Source of the DNA: an uncultured Candidatus Berkelbacteria bacterium | GTDB lineage: Bacteria > Patescibacteriota > UBA1384 > UBA12157 | Length of the DNA stretch: 64,000 nt | Direction of reading: 5' to 3' | Assembly: GCA_903877885.1 (NCBI GenBank) | Contig: CAIRFN010000006.1 | Location: 86,054 to 150,053 of the forward strand | Part shown: piece after piece, positions 30,043 to 39,927 of the stretch | Layout of the letters: each line of letters starts with the position of its first letter | Position numbering within the stretch: position 1 is the first letter of the stretch | The notes under the pieces: generated by a model | The model's input: only the letters and a program-made list of their open reading frames with translations | What the model was told of the DNA's origin: nothing | Databases searched by the model: none | Position numbers and translations under genes: made by a program

Positions 30043-30127
30043 CCAAAATCAGGGGGTTCGCCTTTAGGTAAAGTATCCCTCCTGGGGCACCAAAAATTAT
30101 CAAATATTTATATTTAGAGAGGGAATC

Positions 30128-31153
30128 ATGCGTACAAAAATTGTTTGCACTATTGGTCCTAACACCGAATCTGATGAAAAAATTAAAGAACTCATCGAAA
30201 ATGGCATGAATGTTGCCAGGCTTAATTTTTCGCACGATACTCATAAAAATCATGCTAAAAGAATTAAAACCATTCGAAAATGGGCAAAGCGTTTAAAGAA
30301 AAACGTGGCTATTTTGTGTGATTTGCAAGGTCCAAAAATTCGCACTGCTGATTTTCCTAATCCGCCACGCAAATTACGCGATGGCCAGAACGTTGTTTTA
30401 ACCAGTTCTGTTTGCGAAAAATGTAAGGCCAACGAAATCATGATTATGGATCCTTATATTCATACTGATGTGAAACCAAAAGATACTATTCTAATCGATG
30501 ATGGCGCGATTGAATTGATTGTGGTTAAAATTGTAGAACATCAAATTTTCTGTAAAGTTCTACATGGCGGCGATGTTTATCCGAAAAAAGGCGTGAACTT
30601 GCCACTGACAAAAACCACGACTAATTCCTTAACCGATAAAGATAGAATTGATTTGGAATTTATTTTAACTCAAGAACCAGATTGGATTGCTATTTCCTTT
30701 GTTCAAACCGCTAATGATGTGGAAGTTTTAAGAGAATTGATGGGTAAATCCAAAGCTAAGGTTATGTGCAAAATCGAAACGGCAGTGGCGATTGATAATC
30801 TCGATCCAATTATCCGCGCTTCCGATGGTATTATGGTTGCGCGCGGCGATTTGGGCGTAGAAATGCCAATTGAAAAATTGCCTTTGATCCAAAAACAAAT
30901 TATCAAACGTTGTAATTATGATGCCACTCCGGTGGTGACTGCGACTCATATGCTTTCAAGTATGACTCATTCGCCATTTCCAACCAGAGCAGAAGTGACC
31001 GATATTGCTAATGCTGTTTTTGACGGCACTGACGCGGTAATGCTTTCTAATGAAACTACGATTGGTAAATATCCGGTTGAAGCCTTGAAAACCATGCGCA
31101 AGATTGTCGAAGAAACCGAAAAATATTTATACAAAAGAGAAAACGATCTCTAA
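30128..31153 (+). CDS. pyk: Pyruvate kinase (short form lacking the C-terminal regulatory domain)
   Basis: 'MRTKIVCTIGP...ARLNFSHD' N-terminus; 'MVARGDLGVE' active-site region. Confidence 0.8.
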   Translation: MRTKIVCTIGPNTESDEKIKELIENGMNVARLNFSHDTHKNHAKRIKTIRKWAKRLKKNVAILCDLQGPKIRTADFPNPPRKLRDGQNVVLTSSVCEKCKANEIMIMDPYIHTDVKPKDTILIDDGAIELIVVKIVEHQIFCKVLHGGDVYPKKGVNLPLTKTTTNSLTDKDRIDLEFILTQEPDWIAISFVQTANDVEVLRELMGKSKAKVMCKIETAVAIDNLDPIIRASDGIMVARGDLGVEMPIEKLPLIQKQIIKRCNYDATPVVTATHMLSSMTHSPFPTRAEVTDIANAVFDGTDAVMLSNETTIGKYPVEALKTMRKIVEETEKYLYKRENDL

Positions 31154-31199
31154 ATTTTCTTGAATTTTAATCTGTTTTATGGTAAGATAAGGTTGATAT

Positions 31200-31273
31200 G
31201 GCGGCTGTAGCTCAGTTGGTAGAGCAATTGGTTGTGGTCCAATCGGTCGCGCGTTCGAATCGCGTCAGCCGCC
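31200..31273 (+). tRNA. tRNA-His(GTG) with G-1
   Basis: Extra 5' G pairing with discriminator C; anticodon loop TTGTGGT; CCA encoded. Confidence 0.85.
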
Positions 31274-31404
31274 CCATATAGAAGATGGAATTATCAAAAA
31301 ATCAGGCCAAAAGCCTGGTTTTTTGTATTCAAAAAATTCTGTAATTAACCTGAAACCAATTTTTCCCTTGACGATTTTAAAAATAAAGTGTAAAATATAG
31401 TTTC

Positions 31405-32694
31405 GTGTCCTTGAACAATCAAAAATCAACTACCCTCAAAGGAGAGACTGATATGAGCCCAAACGCGAAAATGATGCTTGAAGAAGCCATTCGTCGAACT
31501 GTTGTATGCATCCTTGCCGGCGGCAAGGGCGAACGACTTTTACCACTGACTGCCCATCGAGCCAAGCCGGCCGTACCATTCGGTGGAAAATACCGAATGA
31601 TCGACTTTGTGATGTCCAACTGCGTTAATTCCGGACTAAATAAAATCTATGTATTTCCCCAGCATCTGAATCAATCACTGAACGAACATTTATTGGCGGC
31701 TTGGGATATTTTCCATGCCGACCGCGATCAATTTTTACGAATTGTCTCGCCACAAGGCCGAGTAACTGACTCCTGGTATTCAGGCACAGCCGCATCAGTT
31801 CATGAAAATTTCCATTCAATTAAGCGTGATCATCCAAAATATGTAATTGTTCTATCATCAGATCAAATTTACGAAATGGATTATCGCGAACTCATATTGT
31901 CGCATATTGAATCAAATGCTGATTTAACCATCGTCGGTATTCCCACTCCTAGGTAAGAGGCCCACCGCTTTGGCGTAATGGAAATTGATAAAACCAGGAA
32001 ATTGACTGGTTTCAAGGAAAAACCGAAAGATCCAGTATCAATTCCTGATCGCGAAGATGAAGCACTTATTTCCGGTGGTATGTATATGTTCACCGCGCCA
32101 GCTATGGTTGACGCTTTAAATTTAGATATGACAATCAAAAGCAGTAAGCATGATTTTGGAAAAAATGTGATTCCGCGAATGTTGCGCAAAAAAAAGCAGA
32201 TTTATGTTCATCTGTTCCAGGATGAACAGGGAGCGCCTAAACATTGGTGTGATATTGGTTTGCCGGATGCTTATTTTGAAGCCAATATGGATTTGGTTTC
32301 AGTTAATCCGAAATTCAATCTTCATAATCCCGATTGGCCGTGGCGGACATTGAATACATCGACGTTTCCATTTAAAATCGTATTTCATTTGGAATGTCGA
32401 AGTTCGATTATCAGTGATGGTTGCATATTTGATGATTGCCGACTTTATCATGCTGTGATTGGTTCTGGTGTGAGAATCGGCTCAAATGTTGATGTCTCGG
32501 ACGCTGTGATTATGGACGATGTGGAAATTAAAAACAATGTTCGTATTCATCGGGCGATTATCGATAAAGGAAATATCATTCCTGAAGGTTCTGTCATTGA
32601 TGCTAATTGTATGAATTACGATGGCGAATATGAAATTACCGAATCTGGGGTTGTCATAATCGCCAGAAACTATGAACCATGGACTGGTGAATAG
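31405..32694 (+). pseudogene. glgC: Glucose-1-phosphate adenylyltransferase (glgC) interrupted by an in-frame TAA at 31954-31956
   Basis: N-terminal part 'ILAGGKGERLLPLT...KPAVPFGG' and C-terminal part 'EAHRFGVMEID...' are in the same frame. Only the TAA separates them, and it falls inside the conserved IP.P.EEAS.FGVM block. Confidence 0.7.
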
Positions 32695-32839
32695 TTAAAT
32701 ATACTCCCGCAGAGAAATTTGCGGGTTTTTTAATATCTGGTTTTAAGGTTTTGGGTTGACAAACCGCTAAAAAAAGAGTATTATTTAACCATTAGTCACA
32801 AAAGACGCGATGCGTCACAAACTCTAGTTTGGAAGAAAA

Positions 32840-34654
32840 TTGAATATTCGAAACGTTGCTATCATTGCCCACGTCGATCATGGTAAAACTACTTTAGTTG
32901 ACGGGTTATTAAAACAATCTCACACTTTCCGTGAAAACGAAGCCGCTATGGGGCAGGTTTTGATTATGGACTCAAACGATCAAGAACGCGAACGCGGTAT
33001 TACTATTTTAGCCAAGAATACTGCTGTAAACTTTAACGATGTTAAAATTAATATTATTGATACTCCTGGTCACGCTGATTTTGGCGGTGAGGTTGAACGA
33101 ACTCTAAATATGGCTGATGGCGCGATTTTGGTGGTTGACGCTCAAGAAGGGCCAATGCCGCAAACCAAGTTTGTGCTTAAAAAAGCGATGGAAATTGGTC
33201 TGAAAGTAATTGTGGTTATCAATAAAATTGATAAAAAAGATGCTAATATTCAAACTACGATTAGCCGAATTTATGATTTATTTTTGGATTTAGCTATTAC
33301 CGATGATCAGCTCGATTTTCCAGTTTATTATGCTATTGGTCGCGAAGGTAAAGCTTGGCCCCAAATGCCAGCCGATCCAACCGCCGATGCCGATTTAACC
33401 TGTATTTTTGAAGCGATTTTAGAATATGTGCCAGCCCCAAGTCAAGATGATGCCGCTCCTTTCCAGATGTTAGTCAGCGCTCTTGATTGGGACAATTTTC
33501 AAGGTAAATATGCGATGGGCCGCATTAAACGTGGTATTGTCAAACCTGGCTTAAATGTCGCTTTGATTAATAAAGACGGCGAAATTGAAACCACTCGGAT
33601 TGATAAAATTTATTCATATCAAGGTCTAAAACGAATGGAGTTACCAGTCGCTTATTCTGGTGATATCGTTTCGATCACTGGTGTTAAAAACGCTTCAATT
33701 GGGGATACGATTGCTGATGCCGCTAACCCTGAAGCCTTGCCGATTATTAAAATTGAAGAACCAACTTTGAAAATGGCTGTTTCGGCTAATACCTCGCCAT
33801 TTGCTGGCCGCGAAGGTCAGTTTGTGACCGGTCGTCAGATTTTGGAACGAATTAAAAAAGAATTGCAGACCAACGTGGCTTTGCGTTTGGAAGAAAAAGC
33901 TGGTGAGTTTGTTCTGTCCGGTCGCGGTGAACTTCATTTGTCGGTTTTTATCGAAACTTTGCGTCGTGAAGGTTATGAATTGCAAGTTGGCAAACCTCAA
34001 GTTATTAATAAAATGATCGATGGCGTTCTTTCTGAACCAGTCGAAGAATTAACTATCGATGTTGATTCTAACTATGTTGGCGCGGTTGTTTCTGAAGTTG
34101 GTCGTCGCAAAGGTATTATGCTTAACCAAGAAGAAAATGCTGATGGTTCAACTCGGTTAATTTTTGAAATTATTACTCGTGGATTATTAGGACTTCGTAA
34201 TCAGCTTTTGACGCTTTCTAAAGGTACAGCGATTATGAACTCAATTTTCTTGCGTTTTGAACCAGTTAGCGCTGATATTCCAAAACTTCGCAATGGTGTT
34301 TTGGTTGCTTCTGGTCCAGGTAAAGCTATGACTTATGGCTTGGATATTGCTCAAGGTCGCGGTATTACTTTTATTCCACCGCAGACCGAGGTCTATGAAG
34401 GTATGATTATCGGTCAAAATGCCCGCGAAGATGATATTGAAATCAATGTGGCTAAAGAGAAAAAACAAACCAATGTTCGAGCATCTAGCTCTGATTTTGC
34501 GACAATTTTAACGCCGCCAACTGTTTTCAGTCTGGAACAATCATTAGATTTTATTGAAGATGATGAATATTTGGAAGTCACTCCTAAGAGTTTGCGACTT
34601 CGCAAAAAAATCTTGAACGGTTCCGCTCGCGCCAAACAAACCAAGAACTCCTAA
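32840..34654 (+). CDS. typA: Translational GTPase TypA/BipA
   Basis: 'IAHVDHGKTTLVD' G1, 'DTPGHADF' G3, 'NKID' G4; 604 aa. Confidence 0.9.
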   Translation: MNIRNVAIIAHVDHGKTTLVDGLLKQSHTFRENEAAMGQVLIMDSNDQERERGITILAKNTAVNFNDVKINIIDTPGHADFGGEVERTLNMADGAILVVDAQEGPMPQTKFVLKKAMEIGLKVIVVINKIDKKDANIQTTISRIYDLFLDLAITDDQLDFPVYYAIGREGKAWPQMPADPTADADLTCIFEAILEYVPAPSQDDAAPFQMLVSALDWDNFQGKYAMGRIKRGIVKPGLNVALINKDGEIETTRIDKIYSYQGLKRMELPVAYSGDIVSITGVKNASIGDTIADAANPEALPIIKIEEPTLKMAVSANTSPFAGREGQFVTGRQILERIKKELQTNVALRLEEKAGEFVLSGRGELHLSVFIETLRREGYELQVGKPQVINKMIDGVLSEPVEELTIDVDSNYVGAVVSEVGRRKGIMLNQEENADGSTRLIFEIITRGLLGLRNQLLTLSKGTAIMNSIFLRFEPVSADIPKLRNGVLVASGPGKAMTYGLDIAQGRGITFIPPQTEVYEGMIIGQNAREDDIEINVAKEKKQTNVRASSSDFATILTPPTVFSLEQSLDFIEDDEYLEVTPKSLRLRKKILNGSARAKQTKNS

Positions 34655-34676
34655 TAAATTAAATCGTTTAACCTTA

Positions 34677-34707
34677 AAGTACACCCCCGGGGTGTACTTT
34701 GGTTTTA
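34677..34707 (+). terminator. rho-independent terminator after typA
   Basis: AAAGTACACCCC-GG-GGTGTACTTT stem followed by GGTTTT. Confidence 0.65.
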
Positions 34708-34762
34708 GTACTATTTTACAGATGATATTTGTGAGATAATCAATATATCAATAAATAACAAA

Positions 34763-34856
34763 TGTCATTCTCGAGCCGAGTGGTAACTCGACATCAAGAA
34801 TCCAGAATAATTTTCCTGGATTCCAGATCTAGGTTGCCAACCTGTCTGGAATGACA
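34763..34856. repeat. MITE-like element, 94 bp, terminal inverted repeats TGTCATTC...GGAATGACA
   Basis: Homologous copy at 35640-35761; internal hairpins. Confidence 0.5.
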
Positions 34857-34874
34857 AAATTAAAAAGGAGAAAA

Positions 34875-35549
34875 ATGGAACAAAATCAAACTTCGAACTC
34901 GCCAAAATGGCTGTGGATAACTTTAATTGTTGTCGTCTTAATCGCGGCTGGATTTTTCACTTGGTTTCTTTTAATACAAAATAAACCAACTGTTTTACCT
35001 ATTGTAACACCGATTTCTACTCCAGCCACAATCGCACCGTCTGTCTTGCCATCCGCTTCTTCTTCGCCAATCTCCACCGCCGACTGGAAGACGTATACAA
35101 ATATTTTTTATAAAATTTCTTTTAAATATCCCGATAATATGTCTGCAAAAGTGTATTCTCCTGTTAAGGCAAATATGCTTAGTCCAATATCTGCTAGTCA
35201 AGAGGATCCAGATGTTTATATTTTTGAATCTGGTAAGACGACGGATCCCATTTTTGGTTTTCTATCTCAAGGTGAAACAACGGTAAATAAAGAGATAGGA
35301 AATTTAGAAACGACTAATAATCTAAATAAAAACGATGTAATTATCAACAGTAATCTTTTTATTGCTGGAAAAGTTGCTACAAAGGTGTCTGTCCCTGCTG
35401 GGAAATTGAAAGATTCTCAAGAAGCTTATGATTTTTATTTTATTCCAGTAAGCATGACACCAAACATTCAAGAAATATATCAAATAAAGATAAAAACAAC
35501 TAGCTCTATTGCCAATCAAATACTTTCCACCTTCCAATTCACCCCGTAA
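34875..35549 (+). CDS. hypothetical secreted/membrane-anchored protein
   Basis: RBS AAAGGAG; N-terminal TM then a P/S/T-rich linker. Confidence 0.45.
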   Translation: MEQNQTSNSPKWLWITLIVVVLIAAGFFTWFLLIQNKPTVLPIVTPISTPATIAPSVLPSASSSPISTADWKTYTNIFYKISFKYPDNMSAKVYSPVKANMLSPISASQEDPDVYIFESGKTTDPIFGFLSQGETTVNKEIGNLETTNNLNKNDVIINSNLFIAGKVATKVSVPAGKLKDSQEAYDFYFIPVSMTPNIQEIYQIKIKTTSSIANQILSTFQFTP

Positions 35550-35607
35550 AATTCACTCCATTCATCACGGGGCAGGCCAAATAAAATCAAAATCTAACTT
35601 CCAAAAA

Positions 35608-35637
35608 AGACTCAAGAGAACAACGAGTCTTTTTTTG
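35608..35637 (+). terminator. rho-independent terminator
   Basis: AAGACTC...GAGTCTT hairpin followed by TTTTTTT. Confidence 0.5.
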
Positions 35638-35639
35638 TT

Positions 35640-35761
35640 TGTCATCCTGGAGCCGGAGGTTACTCCGACATTCAGGATCCAGGAATAGTTCTCGACAAGC
35701 TCGAACAATAACTGGATTACACTGGATTCCAGATCTCGAGCCTCTCGGGTCTGGAATGACA
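35640..35761. repeat. MITE-like element, 122 bp, same TIRs (TGTCATCC...GGAATGACA)
   Basis: Ends and an internal hairpin conserved with the copy at 34763-34856, with compensatory changes. Confidence 0.5.
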
Positions 35762-35849
35762 TGACGATCTAACCAAAACTTAACACCTACGATGTGTTAA
35801 AAACGGTTAAGTTGCAATTTTATTCAGTTGTTTATATAATAGGTTTATT

Positions 35850-36473
35850 GTGAAAAACTTCTATTTTATTTTAGGATTAATTTTAATTATCGTGTGTTTT
35901 TGGGGTTTTGGCTCACAGAAAAAGACCGAGCAAAAAGTTGCCGGTCAAAAATCTGTGGCAGAGCCACAAACTCAAATCACACCACAGAAAGAGGAAAAAG
36001 TGAGTCAGTACAAATTCCCCGGTATTTTATCGGACGAAAAAATCAAAGGCAAAAAGGCGATCGTAAAAACTTCCAAAGGCACAATTGAATTTACTTTGGA
36101 CAATGTCCAATCGCCAAAAACCGTCAGTAATTTCGTTTATTTAAGCGAACTTAATTATTACGACAATCTAACTTTTCACCGGGTTGTCCCTGGTTTTGTG
36201 ATTCAAGGCGGCGATCCGACCGGGACTGGTTCGGGCGGACCTGGATATCAATTTGAAGATGAAAAAGTGACCTCGGACTACAAAGCGGGGACAGTAGCCA
36301 TGGCCAATGCCGGTCCGAACACTAATGGTTCGCAATTTTTCATTTGCTTAGATGATCAACCATCTTTACCAAAACAATACAATGTTTTTGGTCAAGTAAC
36401 TGTTGGCATGGACGTGGTTAAACAAATTCAAGTTGGCGATAAAATCGAATCGATTAAAATCGAAAATCAGTAA
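35850..36473 (+). CDS. ppiB: Cyclophilin-type peptidyl-prolyl cis-trans isomerase (membrane-anchored/secreted)
   Basis: 'FHRVVPGFVIQGGDPTGTGSGGPGY' and 'GTVAMANAGPNTNGSQFFI'. Confidence 0.85.
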   Translation: MKNFYFILGLILIIVCFWGFGSQKKTEQKVAGQKSVAEPQTQITPQKEEKVSQYKFPGILSDEKIKGKKAIVKTSKGTIEFTLDNVQSPKTVSNFVYLSELNYYDNLTFHRVVPGFVIQGGDPTGTGSGGPGYQFEDEKVTSDYKAGTVAMANAGPNTNGSQFFICLDDQPSLPKQYNVFGQVTVGMDVVKQIQVGDKIESIKIENQ

Positions 36474-36493
36474 AAAATCAAAAAGGAGTTAAA

Positions 36494-36928
36494 GTGGATT
36501 TATCAATTATCCGTGAACGCATGGGCCAATTAGAAACTTTTAAACAAGAAAATAAAGTCGGTCGTGAAGCGCTTCGCAATGAATTAGAAAATAATCAGGA
36601 ATATTTGGCAGTTTGCGAAGAAATTAAAGCTTTAAATTTAAAGAAAAAAAGAATTAAAGATTCGCTTTTAGCCAAGCCAGAAACTCAAAAATTAATGTCT
36701 GACATTAAAGAAAATAACGAGGAACTGACGATTCTTGATGAAATTTTATCTTCGGAATTAACCGAATATTATACTGAAAAAAAGACCGATGAAATTGAGG
36801 ACAAAGATGGTGACTTGCGAAAATTCAAATTAGTGGCAAAAATTATGCCAAAAAAAGATAAGTACGATGATCGTGATGACGAAGGAAAATACGCAAAAAT
36901 CGATCAAAATATTGTTGGAAAAAATTAA
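36494..36928 (+). CDS. hypothetical charged coiled-coil protein
   Basis: ORF with RBS AAAGGAG; no recognisable motif. Confidence 0.35.
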   Translation: MDLSIIRERMGQLETFKQENKVGREALRNELENNQEYLAVCEEIKALNLKKKRIKDSLLAKPETQKLMSDIKENNEELTILDEILSSELTEYYTEKKTDEIEDKDGDLRKFKLVAKIMPKKDKYDDRDDEGKYAKIDQNIVGKN

Positions 36929-36931
36929 GTT

Positions 36932-37573
36932 CTAAAAAAATTTTAGCGGATCAATCCAATTGGAAAGTTCCGCTTTTTGTTGAACATAGCCAAGTAAATC
37001 AATTCGATTATTAGACAAAATAGCTAGGTGAAGATGGCGGCGCTCACCATCGGTTTCAGTGCTATAACCGGTTCCCAAAAGTCCAATTTGTTGGCCAGCC
37101 TTAACGGTTTGGTCAATTTTTGGTAAACTTGATGGTCGGATATGACCATATAAAACCGAATGGGCGACATTATCGATTTTAGTTTCTTCAATAATAACAC
37201 CGCCATAACCAGAGGCAGTCCGAGCTAATTTAATTGTACCGTCAGCGATAGCAACGACTGGCACATCGGTTGTGATATCTTGATATTCGGCGTCAGTACC
37301 AGTGTGATAACCGGTAAAACGTTCAGGCTGAACAGGCGAATTTTTGGGTGTAACATAAATTCCAAATGGTTTTTTAGTTACTCGTGCTTTAAAGTTTTTG
37401 ACAGGCTCAATAAAAATCTGGCTAGTTGTGGATATTGTTGGTGATAGATTTATGATAATAGGATTTGCTGATTTAGTAATTGCAGAATTTGTTTTTGAAA
37501 ATTTAACAAAAATAAAAATGCCAATGCTGACTAATATTATTAAAATAATTAACCACAAATAGATTTTTTTCAT
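36932..37573 (-). CDS. M23 family metallopeptidase
   Basis: N-terminal TM; 'HTGTDAEY', 'GYGGVIIEE', 'HLHLAI' M23 motifs. Confidence 0.7.
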   Translation of the reverse strand: MKKIYLWLIILIILVSIGIFIFVKFSKTNSAITKSANPIIINLSPTISTTSQIFIEPVKNFKARVTKKPFGIYVTPKNSPVQPERFTGYHTGTDAEYQDITTDVPVVAIADGTIKLARTASGYGGVIIEETKIDNVAHSVLYGHIRPSSLPKIDQTVKAGQQIGLLGTGYSTETDGERRHLHLAILSNNRIDLLGYVQQKAELSNWIDPLKFF

Positions 37574-38568
37574 GTCTCTTTTTTGAATTTGCCGACTAAA
37601 ATTGGCAAATAATTATTAATTAAATAAATAATTGGTACTAAAATAATTAGCGTGATAATTGTCTCTACAAAGGCAAATAACAGGCTGATTTTTGGGAAAA
37701 TATTTAAAACATAATGGAAAAAATCCGAAACATAATAATAAAAAACTGTATGCAAACACAAAATAATCAATGAATTTTGGCCTAAAAATTCCCACAAATT
37801 TGTTTTAGTAAAAATCGTTTGTTTTAAAATTCTAGCTAAAACCAAAAAACCTAAAGTACCGCAAATGCCGGTTAAAATAAAAATCCATTCGACTCCATAA
37901 ATTCGATAATACATACTAATTTGTAAACCTTGCCAGCGGGCGAGGAAAAAGTCGATCAAAATAAGCGCTAGGCCGATTGGTGCGATCCAGGTTTTAGAAA
38001 CCATTTTAAAATCATCTTTGTAAGATTTGACCATAAAACCTAAATAATAATAAATGATGGCGAAAAGGGCAATATCCAGATTCCAAAATAATCTAAGGCC
38101 CCGGCGTTCTAAATAAATGCCCAAAAAGAGTGAGGCCAAAACTGCTAAAAATAGCCAAAACTTTTTCAAATATTTTTGTAAAATATGGAAATAAATTTCC
38201 AACATAAATAAGCAAGTCAAGAACCAAAGCGGAATAAATGGTGCTGAAAGTTTGGCCGAATAAAGCATTTGCCAAATTGGTTCAAAATATTGTTTCGAAT
38301 TAAAATAGAAAATCCAATAAATAAAATTAATTAAAAAGAAAACTAAATATGGCCAAAGTAAAGTCGCGGCTTTCTTTTTTAGAAACAGCCACCAGCTTTG
38401 ATATTTTTCCGGATTGTATAAGTAACCGGACAAGAAAAAGAAAAATGGCATATGAAAGGAAAAAATAAAAACAAGCCAAGAGTATGGCAAAATGGTGTGA
38501 CCCAAAACAACTAGAAAGATACAAAGGCCGCGGGCGGTGTCGATCCAAGCAATGCGATTTTTGGGCAT
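37570..38568 (-). CDS. Acyltransferase family 3 (OatA-like) membrane protein
   Basis: 'RIAWIDTARGLCIFLVVLGHT' signature; 10 TM segments. Confidence 0.75.
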   Translation of the reverse strand: MPKNRIAWIDTARGLCIFLVVLGHTILPYSWLVFIFSFHMPFFFFLSGYLYNPEKYQSWWLFLKKKAATLLWPYLVFFLINFIYWIFYFNSKQYFEPIWQMLYSAKLSAPFIPLWFLTCLFMLEIYFHILQKYLKKFWLFLAVLASLFLGIYLERRGLRLFWNLDIALFAIIYYYLGFMVKSYKDDFKMVSKTWIAPIGLALILIDFFLARWQGLQISMYYRIYGVEWIFILTGICGTLGFLVLARILKQTIFTKTNLWEFLGQNSLIILCLHTVFYYYVSDFFHYVLNIFPKISLLFAFVETIITLIILVPIIYLINNYLPILVGKFKKET

Positions 38569-39284
38569 TATTGGCCTGCCATTCTAATAATTAAATCAAG
38601 CACAGCCATACCTAAAATTGTCATCGAAGTGGTGTAAAAAGTCGGATGTTGGTGATGACTTTCAGGAATTAAGTCACTAGCGCCAATGTAGAAAAAAAGT
38701 CCGGCAAAGATTGCCAAGCAAAGGCCTAAAACCGGTTCAGAAATATTGATAAATAAAGCAGTCATCACACCAATGGCCGGTGCTAACGCATCGAAAACTA
38801 GCCAAGTGATGGCGGTTTTTTTATTGCCATGGCTCTTTAAAATCATATTGACTGTGTTAATGCCATCGGAAAAATCGTGGGCCAAAACCGCGGCGGCCAC
38901 AATCCAACCAACAGCTGGGGAAACTTTGAAAGCTAAACCAATGCCCAAACCATCAAGAAAACTATGAATACACAAAGTTAAAGCGCCAAGTTTGCCATTA
39001 TGTTTTGGGTTTTCGCAATGATCATCATGACCGTGAATCACAAAAAACCGATCGAATAACATATAGATAATAAAACCGACCGCAAAAAGCAGAGTGACGG
39101 TACGAATATCATAGGCCGATTTTGCAAGTGTAATTGCTTCCGGCGCTAAATCAAAAAAAGCGACGCCAACGACTGCGCCAGCGGAAAAACCTAAGATCAA
39201 ATGCAATTTATCCTTAAATTTTAACGCGAATAAACCGCCTAAAAACGTACTAATAATAGTAATTAAACTGATAATTAAAGCCAA
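38568..39284 (-). CDS. ZIP family metal cation transporter (ZupT-like)
   Basis: 'HSFLDGLGIG' and 'LAHDFSDG' ZIP motifs. Confidence 0.8.
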   Translation of the reverse strand: MALIISLITIISTFLGGLFALKFKDKLHLILGFSAGAVVGVAFFDLAPEAITLAKSAYDIRTVTLLFAVGFIIYMLFDRFFVIHGHDDHCENPKHNGKLGALTLCIHSFLDGLGIGLAFKVSPAVGWIVAAAVLAHDFSDGINTVNMILKSHGNKKTAITWLVFDALAPAIGVMTALFINISEPVLGLCLAIFAGLFFYIGASDLIPESHHQHPTFYTTSMTILGMAVLDLIIRMAGQ

Positions 39285-39286
39285 TT

Positions 39287-39715
39287 TTAACCTTTCCGAA
39301 TTAAATCTTCCAATAATTTACTTTGTTTTAAAAGCTCGCGATCTTGGCTATCTAAATGCGTCAAAATTTGTTCAATGTCATGGTAGCTTGATTTTGTAGT
39401 CTTATATTCTTCATCGGAGCGAATTTCAGCATGGCGATTTTGAATATTTTGACCGACCATAATTAACGGCATTAAAAGTAATTGAACAATATTGCCCATA
39501 AACAATAAAAAGGCAAACGGATATGGATCGAATGGCTGACTGGAAAACTTGGTTTGCCAGAGCATCCAGCCGGCCATAGCTAAAGCAAAAAAATAAACCG
39601 CATACATTGTACCAATCGCAGTTGTAATAGCTAAAGCGATTTTGTCTTGCAAACCTAACGACGCCTTGTGTAATTTGTTAACATTTTGTGGTTCGTGATG
39701 AATTTCATCTTGCAT
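39287..39715 (-). CDS. DUF1003 family membrane protein
   Basis: Two TM segments plus 'LLFMGNIVQLLLMPLIMVGQN' pattern; RBS AAAGGAG before ATG (MQDEIHH). Confidence 0.5.
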   Translation of the reverse strand: MQDEIHHEPQNVNKLHKASLGLQDKIALAITTAIGTMYAVYFFALAMAGWMLWQTKFSSQPFDPYPFAFLLFMGNIVQLLLMPLIMVGQNIQNRHAEIRSDEEYKTTKSSYHDIEQILTHLDSQDRELLKQSKLLEDLIRKG

Positions 39716-39927
39716 AAAATCTCCTTTATTCATATTGTAATTACTCTAGAAGCAAAAAGCAATCTTAAACTCTTTACATTCAACTCAATTTGTGCTACAC
39801 TATACTTTAGTCAAAGTAATTGCTCTCGTTGATTTCCGAAATATTAAATTAATTTCGATGTTCAATTTAGCGCAATTTCGAAATTAATTAATCGCGCAAT
39901 TTTTTTTGTGCACAAAAAGGAAATCTG

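Noticed and set aside
30046-30095. Possible additional tRNA fragment (GGGGGTTCGCC...GGGGCACCA) after tRNA-Arg(TCT)
   Set aside because: Only weak T-loop/acceptor-like resemblance; cannot be assigned to a parent tRNA.
29981-30253. 90-aa minus-strand ORF
   Set aside because: Overlaps tRNA-Arg(TCT) and the 5' end of pyk in antisense; no RBS.
31954-31956. Stop-codon (TAA) reassignment as an explanation for the in-frame TAAs in glgC and the REase
   Set aside because: TAA terminates serS, secA and most other conserved genes here at the expected positions, so a recoded genetic code is unlikely.
33695-34644. Three minus-strand ORFs (101, 75, 76 aa)
   Set aside because: Antisense within typA; no RBS, not protein-like.
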